DNA of 63,996 nucleotides, filler included, from Basidioascus undulatus (GCA_000826855.1; 6 parts of 6 records of this genome joined end to end with filler, not necessarily neighbours in it), one strand, 5' to 3'. Shown: positions 12,479-24,778, counted from the whole stretch's first letter. Made by a program: numbers and translations. Notes: generated by a model from the sequence alone, not told the origin.

Positions 12479-13770
12479 ATGGAGACTTTCCACCGTCCGA
12501 TGCCACCAATCGAGCTTCTGTCCACCATTATCAAGGAGACGGCGCACTCTATATCCTCTCTCGATAACGACTGGCCCACACTCGCCTTCAATGATTTCGA
12601 GACCCGCTTCCTCCTCTCGCTCCGTCTCGTCAATCGCACGTTCGAGCAGCTTGTCAACCACATCGTTTTCAACGACATCAATCTCCATACTTCACATCGA
12701 ACCAAAACATTTGCTGCGCTCGTAACACAACGGCCTGATCTGGGCAAGCTCGTAGAGGGACTTAGACTCCCGCACGGCCAGCTGCATATCCTCGCGCTTG
12801 TTTAGGCGTCCGCTGCTTCTGAAGCTCGGCTTCCAACCTATCGAACGTGTGATCGGGCGCCTAGTGTCGGGATGGACGCACCTCCGCTCCCTTCATATCG
12901 ACTACGAGATGGGGCTGCAGATCCACCTATTCTTGAGAGAGCATCCGACTTTGGAGGTAGTCCAACTTGCGAACTGCCTTGCTCCATATCTAGCTTGCAA
13001 AGTGTTTTCAATCGCAGAGAATCCCTCGCTGCACCGCCTCCTGTTGCACAATTTGCATCCGATTAATGTCATGGGTTCCAGATTGCGTTGTGTGACGCCT
13101 CACCCCGTGTCCAGAAGATCGTGAACCTCGACGAAGGCGGACGCGGTGAGAGCAAGTCACAGGCAAGCTCTGTGGATCGTCGGTTGACGACTAGGTGAAT
13201 ACATCGAGATCATAAAACAGCTTGGCGACGTTGACTGGATTATTGAACGGCATCACATGTAAACCTCTTGCAGATTCAAGACCGCCTGCATCTCCACTTC
13301 ATGTGAGAATACGCCTACGCACATGGAGCCTGTCGCCTGAACTGGAAGCGCGTCTCGTCTAGAAAGCTCGGCGCCGCAGTATACCAATAAGGACAGTGCC
13401 AGGAGCGCATTTTGTACAGCCTGTCCACCATCCCTAGCCCAACGTGATCCAGGTGTTTCTTCTTTCCGAGGACAGCGAGAAATGTAGCTGGCTGTCGAGC
13501 TCCGACTCCACAGCCACTTAGAATAAGCGTACAGACCGGCCCGTGGAAAGGAAAATTTGGACCAGCCCAGCACCACCGCTCAAGCTCGTGCCTGCACATG
13601 CAGCCGACCAAGAGCGTCTGGGAGTGAGTATCGTGGTGCGTGTGATGCAGGATTTCAAACCACGCCGTCGAGGGAACAACAGGGGGATAGCTCGTCCGCC
13701 CCGGTACCATCCTAGTCCTCGATCGCTGAGGGCGCGTTCAGGAGGCGGAGATGCAGTGTACGATGCCTGA
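12479..13770 (+). pseudogene. F-box-like/LRR-type gene, frameshifted
   Basis: MPPIELLSTIIKE...LLSLRLVNRTFEQLVNHIVFNDINL...FAALVTQRPDLGKLVEGLRL is a typical fungal F-box-like N-terminus. It continues in another frame at ~12800 with LRR-like LRSLHI/LEVVQL/LHRLLL and no splice signals at the junction. Confidence 0.6.
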
Positions 13771-14570
13771 GAGAGGTTAGTTTGGCAGAAACAGATGGAA
13801 AACGGGAGGCCCAGCTGAGGAACAGATGTTCTCCATTCTCCGATTGTATATTTTTGCTCGACAACGGCGCAACGACTCCATGTGCAGTCTCGGACACTTC
13901 GGATACCTAGTTTTTCTGAGACACCACATCATTTCCAAGATATTCCAAGTCTTCCAATCCTCATCAATTAGCGGGCCGCACCATGCCCGCCATCGTCCCC
14001 ACAGCCATTCCTGCCTCCATCGGTCGCACGTCGCTTGCCCATCCCCTCGACGCCTGTGGCACACCCGCTGCCCCCTCAACACGCTCCTCGGACACAGAGT
14101 TCACACTGGTTAGAAAGTCCTCAGGTCCTTTACGGTTTCAGCACACATGGCGTCCAGTCTCGTTTAGCGCTCGTCTATAAACCTAGTTTGGTTGCTCGAA
14201 TATTCGGAGAAGCAACGGGGATGTAGTGGGTGTCGATCCAAGTCGAAAACGAGAACCACTCGCAACATCGTTGCGGCCGCCCCTTGCCCTTATCTGATTC
14301 GTCTACGTAACCCTTGCACTCATATACTGGAATGTCTTCCAAAAAGCCTCGGACAAGGGACAGCGCGCCTATGTGACGACGTTTTTGCAGGGCACAGGCG
14401 GCCGGAGTCAAATAAGAGAACGCTGTTGCGAGTGGCGTTACCTATATAGGACGGAGGCTTGACTGTGCGCGCAGAAGGAACTGACTATGAATTAAAAAGA
14501 ACAGCTGGGTTTTGCACGCCTTTATGCATCGAAGTAAACGTACGGGTAAGGCAATCGTTGCAAGAAGCAG

Positions 14571-14670
14571 NNNNNNNNNNNNNNNNNNNNNNNNNNNNNN
14601 NNNNNNNNNNNNNNTTAATTAATTAANNNNNNNNNNNNNNNNNNNNNNNNNNNNNNNNNNNNNNNNNNNN
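14571..14670. other. Artificial scaffold spacer
   Basis: 44N-TTAATTAATTAA-44N. Confidence 0.98.
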
Positions 14671-15128
14671 ATGTATGAAACAAGCGGTACCAACATCAAG
14701 GCGGATCCTCAAGTGGCTAGTTGCGTAATAGGTTTAGCTATCAGCAAGTCATCCATACTCATTTTTCCTTGCAAGCATAGTGATGCAGTCTCGATACTCA
14801 ACTCGATTGGTGAACTAGCAGGCAAAATCAACCGTCTTTCCCAGGTGGTAGTTGAAAGGACCTTTGCTAGCCTTCCTACCGGTCATTTAACACTGTGCCG
14901 GTCTTTCTTGCTGGGGGCAATCACAACTAACGCAACAGTACTTGAATGCCCAGTCTTGAGGATTAATGTGAGCCATGCTGAGTGAACAGCATATAGCGAT
15001 CCACAGGACAGCTACTAGTGCCAGTTTGAAACAGCTGTTCACTTTCCATAGAAAAATAACCTTTCATGAGTGTTTGCAGCATTCAGCAAGAGCCTACTAA
15101 CCCACTACTATTCCCACTAACTGGATCA

Positions 15129-15295
15129 TTGCCGCAACAATACTTTCCAAAGTAATTCATGGCCTTTCACTGACGCTACTAAGATGTTACTAGTCTTTGT
15201 ACTATTCTTGTTGTTGCAGTAATACTTTCTGAAGTCATTCATGGCCTTTTACTTGCGTTACTAAGCCATTATTACTAGTCCTTCATACTACTCTC
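15129..15295. repeat. Degenerate ~82-bp tandem duplication in an AT-rich, CpG-poor tract
   Basis: Units start at 15129 (ttgccgcaacaatactttccaaagtaattcatggcc...) and 15211 (ttgttgcagtaatactttctgaagtcattcatggcc...). Confidence 0.8.
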
Positions 15296-15458
15296 CTGCT
15301 CGATGTAGACCAGTAGTTATTAGCATCGAATATTTTCATATTTTTCAACTTTCACTACCAGAGGACTCTCGCCCTAGGAGTCTTGCTTCCCATGTAGTTG
15401 GCAAAGGCATTTTGGGGCTGCGTGTCTCGACAGCAGTTACATGGTGAGGGTCATGTTT

Positions 15459-15493
15459 ACGGTCACGGTCACGGTCACGGTCACGGTCACGGT
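15459..15493. repeat. (ACGGTC)n hexamer microsatellite, ~6 copies
   Basis: Read directly from the sequence. Confidence 0.95.
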
Positions 15494-15870
15494 ACGACCA
15501 GCTTTGCAGTGGCTGCCGAAGTAAACTAGAACTCCATGTCCGGTGGAGAGGCAATAAAGGCGAGGCAAGCAGGAGAAGTCCAGGCCGACGTGGATGTGGA
15601 TAGAGCGCAGGCCCACGAGGTAATTGCTGGCCGTGCTGTGTGTGACATGCTCGACAGCGGTCAAGTGCGCAACCCAGTTGCAAAGGCTCGCATGACAAAT
15701 TGGGTAATCCCAGAAGAAGTGCGCACGCTAGCCCCGCAGTGCTCAAAACTCCGCTTGGCGGTTGCGTAGCCTTTGCACGTGTTGTTTCCAAGGTCAAGCC
15801 GGAGGAAATGCACGGCATCCAGCAAGAGGTTGAGGGCAAGCGCGGTAAAGTCAGAAGGGGGACAGGTGTT
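15494..15870 (-). mobile_element. Relic of a tyrosine-recombinase (Ngaro/DIRS-like) element, N-terminal integrase domain
   Basis: LDLGNNTCKGYATAKRSFEHCG...FATGLRT, then in a shifted frame VTHSTASNYLVGLRSIHIHVGLD. This matches the T..Y.....F..C / TIKSYL.GLRS.H...G pattern of fungal YR integrases. Confidence 0.55.
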
Positions 15871-16450
15871 GAGGGGACCAGGGAAGGGGAAGGAGGAGAG
15901 GAGGTGCAAGCGCAGGCTCCAGCAGAGCTCAGACGGGTGAGGGGGGGGAGCCGTGGGGGGGAGAGGTGGACTGGTAGGCGGTGGGGCGCATCTGCGGGAA
16001 AGGGCAGTGGATGTGGCCACTGGGTCATATTTGAAGGCAGTCGACCAAGCTTAGCGGTAGTGGACTTTGGCGAAGAAATTGTGGGCAGAGGGAGCCACAG
16101 GTGGCAGAGGGTGAAGCCGCCGATGGCCGCGAGAATTCTGAACACGCTCCCACCTTCAGCACCATCCCAGTATCCCCTCCTTCCACACTCCCACAACAAA
16201 GTCCAAACAGTTCATTCATCCCCAGCTCCCGTGCTCTTGCTCCCCACGCACAGCGCAACGCCCAGACAAACGAGCCCCATCCCAACCCAGAGCCTCCCCC
16301 CCCCCTCCCCCTCCGCATTCCCCTCTGGCCCCCGGTTCTCCTGCACCCTCGTCCGCGGCAATCACACGGCTCTCGCTGCACCCCGACGGAATATCCACTA
16401 TCTCGCATGCTACGGTGAATGTGAATCGGAACCGCTTTTCAACACGACAG

Positions 16451-19313
16451 AGCGTCGGCGAGGACATCGCGTACATCGAGAGCCAGAGCCACGGCTTGCA
16501 GGTCCAGACTAGCAACCAGAAGGCGCTGCTCGGCGAGCTCGAGCGGCTGCTGGTCCGTTTCCCCTTCCCCTTCTCTCCTTTCCCTGTGCTTTTTTCGGGA
16601 ACTGACTGTATTGGGAATGCGCGGCAGTCGACAGTCCACGTCGACCAGGACGCCCTCCTCATCCTCACTCAGGAGAGCCTCGAGTCCGAGCGCGGCGTCG
16701 CAAACCTCGAGCAGGCTGCCGCAACGCTGTACAAGGCGCTCCAGGCCGCGCGCGACAGCGGTGCGTCTTCCCCTCTTCTCCTCTCCACTCCACTCGTGCT
16801 TCTTTGCTGAGGGGGGTGGATGGGAACGCACAGCTGTAGGAGAAGCAGCCGCGTCTGACCGCGTCGACGAGTACCGCACGATCTCGGGCCAATTTGCGAA
16901 GCGCCTGCTCGACTACCTGTCGATCATGTTCAAGTTTCAGGTGCGTCTCCCTCCTCGTTTCTTCCGAGAATGCGAAGCGGCTGAACCAGGGATCCTGGGG
17001 TGGGGTAGGCCGAAAGCCTCCTGACGGACAAGCTGCGCGCCATAACGCGCGACAAGCCCACCATCCTCCCGCACGACCAGATGGAGAACTACCTCGGTAG
17101 GTACTGCGGCCTTGTCCTCTGGCTCCGCGAGATGGACGAGAAGCGGTACCAACAACTTTGCGCGGTGCGTCGCGTCCGCCCCACACTGATTTGTGTTGGT
17201 ACTTTGGGAGGGCCTGGGGGCTTATGTGGGGGCGGAGAGGGCAGAGCTACTTCGCTGCGGCCAGTGATCTGCACGGGAAGGAGATGCGCTCCGTCTTGGG
17301 CGTCTACAAGGACCTCGTGCGGAAGGCGACGGAGGAGGAGAGCGAGGCTAGTGCGTGTAGCACCGTGCGCGGGTTCCTCGCTGGGCTTACTACAAGGGCT
17401 GAACGCGGCGTTGCCTTTGCTCGTCTGCAGACTTCTCGGCTCCGCCCGAAGCGGCGCAGAAGTCGGGCGCGATGAAGCGGGCGGGCACGATCGTCCGCGG
17501 CGGGCCTCGCGACTCGAAGCGCGACCGGCGGGGTGAAGAGCTGCCCGCGTCGGAGGTGAGATTTTTCTTCACGCACTTGCTGTAACTGTGAGCAGGTTTC
17601 TGACCTCCACCCGACGCGTGTCCCAGGCCCTCTCGCGCGCCCTCGCGCAGATCAGCCCCCCGATCTACCGGGAGCAAGCGTTCCTGACGGACCTGCTGCA
17701 CGTCGTCGACGCGCCGCCGACGTTCGCAGAGTACATGGACCTCGAGACGTACTTCCGGCGCAAGGCCGCGCTCGCCGCGGCCGAGACGAGCTACGGCCCG
17801 CTCGCGGACGTCCGCAACGCGCTCGACCTCATCTTTGGCTTCCTCGCGCCCGAGCTCCAGGCGTGGGTCGACGCGGCGCTGGTGAAGGATCAGATGTACG
17901 TGTGTAGGAGGGGGAGGGAGAGTTGGGCTGATGAGCTGTGGAGTGTACAGGCAGATTGTTGGTATACTCGCGGCGATCGAGAGGACGATGCTCGATGCCC
18001 AGACTCGCGGGCAGACGTTTTTGCATGGCATGCTCGACAAGCAGCACAGGCGCCTGTCGCTCCTGCTCACTCGCTACATCGTGCGTGGCTGGCGGTCAGT
18101 AGGCTGTGGCTCTGGGGGCCGAGTGTTGACTTTGGGGCGCGGGGGACAACAGACCGACCAGATCAAGGCGATCGAGCAGACCAAGTTGACGATCAAGAAA
18201 CGCAAGGGCGTGTCGTCGTTCATCCGCATCTTCCCCGTGCGTTTCAACTCCTTCCTGACCCTCTGTCCCGATTGCAACCTCGATTCGGCTCTGACGGACG
18301 GCAACTGCTCGCCAGGCCTTCGTCGAGCGCATCGAAGCGCAGCTCACGGACGTACCCGACTCTCTCGCGATCCGCGGGACCGTCAACGAAGCCTACGGCC
18401 GCATCGTCCAGCGCATGTTTGAGCTCCTGCAGCAGATGGCGCGCGAGGACGGCGCGAGCGCGGAGGCGGCCGCGGAGGACAAGGAGCAGCTCAACTACCA
18501 TGTTCGCCATCTTCCCCGAGCTCATCCCCACAAAACCGGATACGCTGACTGTCTGGATTGCAGGTCATTCTCGTCACCAACGCGTTCCACTTCCTAAACG
18601 TCCTCGCGCCCAAGCGCTTGCGCGCGCTCGAGCCGTTCGTTGCGCAGGCCAAGGAACTGTACGACAAGAACCTGGACGTCTACGTCAAGCTGCTACTGCG
18701 CCGGCACGTCGCGAAGCAGATCGTGCGTGTCGTCTTCTTAAAGAGGCGTCCTGCAGGACGCTGACGGGTGGGCGCGGCTTTGCAGGACTTTTTCGAGGGG
18801 GTCGAGCGGCAGCTGCAGTCGACGCCGGCGGGCGAGGTGCAGCTGCACGCGACGTACAACCGTGCGGCGCTCAAGCGCGTGCTCAAGGATTTCACAGCCA
18901 AGGACCTCCGCAAGGCGTGCGACGCGCTGCACAAGCGCGTCGAGAAGCACTACGAGGCGAGCATTGACGACGAGGGCGGCGTTGCGGAGGCCCTCAGGGT
19001 CATGGACACTGTCTGGAAGGCGCTCGAGGCGTGCGTCTTACCTTCCTCTCGGCCAGGCTTGACGAGTACGACTGTGGCGCTGACTCGGAATGCGGCGGGC
19101 GGGCAGCGAGATGCTCAAGGTCAGCGAGAACTGGGCGAGGCTCCTCGAGACGTGCTACTCGGACGTGCCCGACGGCCTGCAGTATACGCTCAGCGACGTC
19201 AAGGCTTCCTTCGTTCGTTGGCTGTTTCTCTTTTGTTCTGTCTCGTTACCCTTCCGGGGTTGATGCTGACTGTCAGGTGCTGGTGCGAGCAGAAGCGCAG
19301 CGCTATGGCGTGA
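16451..19313 (+). CDS. SEC3: Exocyst component Sec3, C-terminal (Sec3_C) part only, multi-exon
   Basis: SVGEDIAYIESQSHGLQVQTSNQKALLGELERLL; MENYLGRYCGLVLWLREMDEKRYQQLCA; QIKAIEQTKLTIKKRKGVSSFIRIFP; EDKEQLNYH; DFFEGVE; LHKRVEKHY. Stop at 19311-19313. Confidence 0.92.
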
Positions 19314-19753
19314 TAGCTCATGGTCTCCATCCTACTCCTCATTGCGTATGCCGAGGAATTGTGCCTTATCCCCGTAATTACTCACCCTACCCACTCCGCC
19401 TTCGCCGCCTCGCTTCGCGTCTTCCATCTTCCTTGTACCAATATGTTGCACTCCATCTTCTGCTGGATTGAATTTGCTTGCACTGCGACAGGCGCTGCTG
19501 CATAAGGATCATGCCACGCAAGAAAGATTAAAGAACTGGCAGTCTTCAGTGGTTCCGGCATGAAACCAGAATGCCTCAATGTCGTGGATGAGCAGTCGTT
19601 TCTCAGTCGTCTTGCGGAAATAGTTGCTCGGAGTCAGCGCCCTCGGGCATCTCCGTTGTTAGGTGTATGCCAATAGTTTATTGCTGTGGCGACCGTAGTG
19701 TGCTAGTTAATGAAGCGGCACTCCAGAAGACCCTCTCCCTCTCACTTGCAGAT

Positions 19754-21349
19754 CTACGGGTTCTCAAGCAGCCAGCCACCGTCGACCGCGATCGTCTACA
19801 GGAACATCCTCCACGTCAGCGCTTCATACCACAAAAGTCTGAGAACAACTCATGATTACCTGTCCATTAACGTATTGGTCAACGGCCAGGAATAGCATCG
19901 CCTGCGCCACGTCCTGGTCGCGTCCTGGACGCTCGGCAGGAACTCCCTTCTCTGTACAGCGTGCAGACACGGTCAGCAAGGGCTTGCTTCGATACAATTT
20001 AGAAGGACTGACCTTAACGATACCCGGGGCCACTCTTGGGAATCGCAGACTTGTTCTTGTCGTCCGACTCGTTGGTAGTCATCTGTGAACAGCGGTGTCA
20101 ACGTTAGGCCTCTATAGCTCAAACCCACATCCACGCACCTCAGACGGGAAGTATCCGGGTGCGATAGAGTTCACCTGAAAGAAAATGGACTTCTTTAGTG
20201 CGAGAGCTGGTGTGTACGAACGGAAGTGCCGCACCCGAACTTTGACACCGGGACGACGGAGCTCGTTTGTCAGGAGCTCGGTGAGCTGATGGTGGCGGCC
20301 TTCGAGACGTTGTACTGCACAGAATATATCGAGGTCAGTCTACGACAGAATAAAAATGGTCGTGGCAGCGCTCACGGCAAACTGTCCACCTTGCTGTACG
20401 CGTTCATCACAGACACTAACCGACGTCAGTTACAGTCTTCCAAGTAGACGTCTCAGACAAATGAACCGTCGTGCTAGTGATTCCGCTCATGCTGGTGGCC
20501 GTAATGACAGAAGCCGCTTGACCGTGGAACTTCTCGGTCGCCTTTGCGAGAAGAGGGAGGAGAGCAGCAGTCTGCGTGAACGGACGGCAAGCCAGTCAGT
20601 GACAGGGCAAACCGGCCTCATGAAGCAGCTTGACGGACCACGATGAAGTAACCGATTACACTGTAGTGGGCTGAGTGTCAGAAAACCTTATAGCAACTAA
20701 TCAAACTAAGAATCGTACTTGGTCCGGTAGACGTGTTCCCAAACTTGGAAGTATTGCTTCTCGAACAGCTCCTCGGAGAGTGCGTGAACGTCCTTGTCAC
20801 CGTGGCTCACCTCAGCCTTGCCGGAAGCATGCCCGCATTGTTCACAAGACGCCACGAGGATGAATTTTAGCTTAAGGTCTAGCGGAGGGTAATAGAGCAC
20901 ATATATTGCACGTACTCGTTGATGCAGTCCTGGGGCTGAGCTCCTTGACAAAGTTCCGGATACTGACCTTCTCCGTCTTGTCCCAGCAGGATCGGAATAA
21001 GTTTTCCCGCACTGCCGCCGAGCGCCTCGTCCGAGCCGTGCACTTCAGCTGACTTCTGCACAACCTCGAGCCGGCGTCCTGCGATGTAAACTCGCGCGCC
21101 CGTGGCTGCGAGCGACTGCGCGGCCATGAGGCTGTGGTAGAGGAAACAAATCAGGATGAGTTACAATTCGTCATCAGTAGCCGTGATCGGAGATGACGTA
21201 CCCAATACCGGTCTGACAATACGATGATACTTAGCATTCGTTGGCATCGCAAAAGAATAAAAGACATGCACCCCGCCGCCCGTCAGAACGGCTGTGTAGC
21301 CCTTGAGGTCGAAGAGCGCGCGCGCCGAAAGCTTGTAAAATGCCGACAT
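19754..21349 (-). pseudogene. Short-chain dehydrogenase/reductase with two apparent 1-bp frameshifts
   Basis: LFDLKGYTAVLTGGG|TGIG; YNVSK (YxxxK); RVNSIAPGYFPSE; YVNGQ|TIAVDGG. Frameshifts at ~20983 (CTGGGAC) and ~20288 (ATCAGCTC instead of ATC CAG CTC). Confidence 0.8.
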
Positions 21350-22114
21350 GAGATGATTCTGCCCGAAGATTGGAGCAACCTCTCAAAAAGAACTCTGAAA
21401 CGATTTCCTGATACAAAAATGCCCTCCTAAGAACCAGCCTTACACCGAGAGCTTACCTACCAGAGCGTCTTGCCGCGACACGCGACAGACCGCCTTGTGA
21501 TCATAGTGTTGAACCTCGCCTTCAGGCTTGTAACAGCGAGACGACTTTGCCACCGCTAGATCTTCTTCGAAATTAATTTCTTGCATTACTTTTTACGTTG
21601 ATAGATTGATAGAGAGTACGAGAGTACGATGTGTTGAAGGTGTACCAGACAAGGGTGATGCTCAACGTCAGAGGACGCAACGAAAGAGCGAGGAGACGAA
21701 AGCAACGCTCTTTGTGCATATGTCCACTGGGTGTTTCAATCCGTCCAAGGTAAACTACAGTTGGAAAATTGGCCATACCCCGCTAGTAGACACCATTGAG
21801 AATTTGGGTCTCCCGGAGAAAGTGATGTCCTGAAATATGTCACTTTAAGGGCAGCTGCTCAGCGATCCTGAATGCAGAATTTTTAATACACTTGGACGTG
21901 CGAGTTTAGGACACGCTACGAGGGGGGATGATCATAGTGCACTGATGCTCAGGCGGACTGCAACACTGCGACATGACATGAAACCATTCTTACGGGATGT
22001 GTACTCTCCAACTTTCACCATCGGCGCGGGACGCTGTACAAGTCGATATCTACGCTAGAGAAGTATCCCTCAACAGAGAATGAAAGAGAATGCAACCCGT
22101 CCCCGCTCAACCCT

Positions 22115-24070
22115 TTAGAGCCGCAGCTCTGCAACAGACGTGATCCGACACAAATGCCTTCGCTCGCCCTGCGGGAAGTCGGTCGTGGCTGTATGCTGCT
22201 CGCGTAACTCTCGTGAGCTCCATCCGTGTGTCTAGGACAAAGGTGGAGTGGAAAAGCGCCTGCGTGGACCTGTTGTCCCAGACGACGACTGTGCCGGGCT
22301 CCCAACGGACACGGCACGCGAAGTCCTGCCCGCGCACGATGTGACCAGTAAGGAACGAGAGTAGTGCATCGCTCTCCTCCTTTCGGAGACCGACGACGCG
22401 CCGCGTGGCCACCTGGTGAACAAGAGCCGTCATCACATGAGCAATCAAGGGAGAAAGGGAAGAAAGTCTGGGTGTGGTGTTCCGTGAGTGTTCAGCACAC
22501 TGCACCCACCTCGTTCACAAAAAGCAGCTTCTCCTTTGTGACTGAGTGCGTGCGGATAATTGGGTGGATGTTCCGGGCTGTACACAAAAAAGGAATACCA
22601 ATTCGCAATTGGATCAGTAAGCAAACTGGAATGTAAGCCTAGGGTGTAGTGCGGAAAGGGAAGTCCTCACGAGCCTCCCTTCGCCTGGGGTTGTAATCGA
22701 GGAAATGTTCAGCGTAGAGCCCCTCAAGACGGTTCTGCACTTCTGTTGAGAGGTGCTTTTACGCCTCGACGGTGACGTGTACAGCGTGTCTCCGCCTCCG
22801 CTGGCCGGCACCTCAAGCACGAAGAGCAGCGTGATACCGGGCGGCTAGCAGTCGACAAGAGCAAATCAGCTCCGACGCAGTTGAGCCTCAAAGGCAGACG
22901 GACCTGAAGCTCTGCCAGTCCATCTGTTCCCCACGTCCAGAAGACATATAAGCAACGGGACGAATATTGCGGAAACAGTTTTGCAGTGCGCACCGGAGTA
23001 CCAGGTGACAGTGGTGAGCTTGTTCTGAATCACGTTCACCGAGTTATTGACGCTCGAGTCACTTAGGTAAAAAAAAACACGTCAGCTCGCCAAGTCAGGC
23101 GGCTGGCGAAACTGAGGGGAGCGGTGTGCCTGTGGTCTTGAAAGATGGTGTAGTACTGGGGCAGGTCCTTCGGGTGCCGATCAGACGGATCCTATATATA
23201 TTAAACAAACCGGCTTTAAATGCCTGCTACAGACGTAAACAAGAGAAACTAATGCGCACGAGATAATGCTGACCGAAATGCCCAACAAAATCGAGCTGTC
23301 GCTCCGGCCTAATGTCCGAAAGTCTTGATTGCGGAAGACGACGACGCCGCGGCGAGCCGCGAGAAGCGCGAGCTGGTCGCGGCCCACCTTCTTGAGAGTG
23401 CTGAGCTGCGCGCCCTTTACCTCCGTGCTGATCAATGCGTAAGGTTCCGGACGTCTGCGGTGGGCGGCAGCAGATCCGGGAGGGCCGAGTCTGCAGAGAG
23501 GCCTGCGTCGACGTGCTCAAACGGCACGGGCTCCGGGAAGACCTCGTTCGGGTCAAAGGGCTTAGGGACGTAGGGCCGTCTGACTATGGGAGAGAGATTA
23601 TTCATCAAGTGCCAGAAGAAAAACCCCATCCCCAGTGCGAAGGCTGAGGACTCACTATTTTGGCGGACCGTGCAGCTGTTGAGTGATTACCTGCCTTGCC
23701 GCGTCGACCTTGCTCTTCAGACGCTCCACGGAAAATATCTGTACACAATGTGTCAAAAAAGTTCGAATTCTACTATTAAAAAGAAATGTACCTCGTCGAA
23801 CGTCTTGTTCCTGCTCAGACGTTCAAAGATCGCCAGCGCGTACCGGTGGAAGCGCTTGAGCGTGGGGTCGTTCTCAAGCACCTTGACAGTTAGATGCCCT
23901 ACCGGGGCAATCCCCAGCTCGGCCATAAGCATAGAGACGACCGGCAAACGGAGCGACTAGGATGTCTGCAAGCGTAAACTGAATCCGAGGAAGTAGGGCC
24001 CGCACGGGTCGAGGCGCTCCTGGACTTGGGCGACCGCAGCGATCTGCCGGTCGTGGTATGTATTTTGCTG
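22115..24070 (-). pseudogene. TauD/TfdA alpha-ketoglutarate dioxygenase (Jlp1-like) preceded by a GST C-terminal domain; degenerate
   Basis: Tau[62 protein letters not shown]. Lesions: LTH*STEVKG and WHSD changed to WYS. GST-C: GPYFLG/QFTLADILVAPFAGRL...RFHRYALAIFERLSRNKTFDE. Confidence 0.85.
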
Positions 24071-24089
24071 TGCGTCGAAGATCACGAGA

Positions 24090-24778
24090 CCGATGGTGTG
24101 GAAGAATTCAGGGGAACTCCCCGAGTTGCGGCCTCACGTCCATGGGCAGCATCATAAATCGGAACAGGTTCAGAGCCCCGCACCCGGCCTCCCCTAGTGG
24201 GTTGCCACTGTTCCTCACCGTCGCCGGGAGGCGACCTTTCCACCATACACAGGAGTACGGCACCTATAGAATATACATGGGTGAGGTAGGGGTCTAAGTG
24301 GACGCCCGGAATCTCGGGCGCGGCGAAGTTTGGGTGGCCATCTGCACGTATTCGCCAGGCTTTGCGCTCCTCCCGAAGTCACAGAGCTTGAGGGTCATGG
24401 TACGGTCTATCAAGGCGTTGCCGGGGGCTATGTCGCAGTGGCCGATGCCGTAGCAGTGCACGTGAGCTACCGCCCACACCAGCTGTGACACTTGGAGAAC
24501 TGGCTGTACGGAGTTGAGGGGCTGAGGTGTCCGTACAGGGTGCTCCCTATGACCTCCTCCATCACTATGCCAACGTCGGGGACATGGGCTATGAAGGCCA
24601 TGATATTGGCATGCCGCCCGATGAGGTCGAATGCCCTGGACTCCCTTGGGAAGCATTCCTTGACGTCGCGTGAGTTGGTGAGCTCTTTCCCCTCAATTAT
24701 GAACCCCGCGACCCGCGGTGCCTCCAACACACACCGCATGATGAGGGAGGTACTGCCTATGGCTATGCTGCTGTCCAT
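24090..24778 (-). pseudogene. Intronless protein-kinase pseudogene
   Basis: IAIGSTSLI, RE...F..IGRHANIM, AVAHVHCYGIGHCDIAPGNALID...LKLCDFG, THVYSIGAVLL, spread over shifted frames. Confidence 0.8.

Noticed and set aside
17588..18967. 459-aa ORF and overlapping antisense ORFs
   Set aside because: Read-through of Sec3 exons and introns in GC-rich DNA; only part is in the true frame
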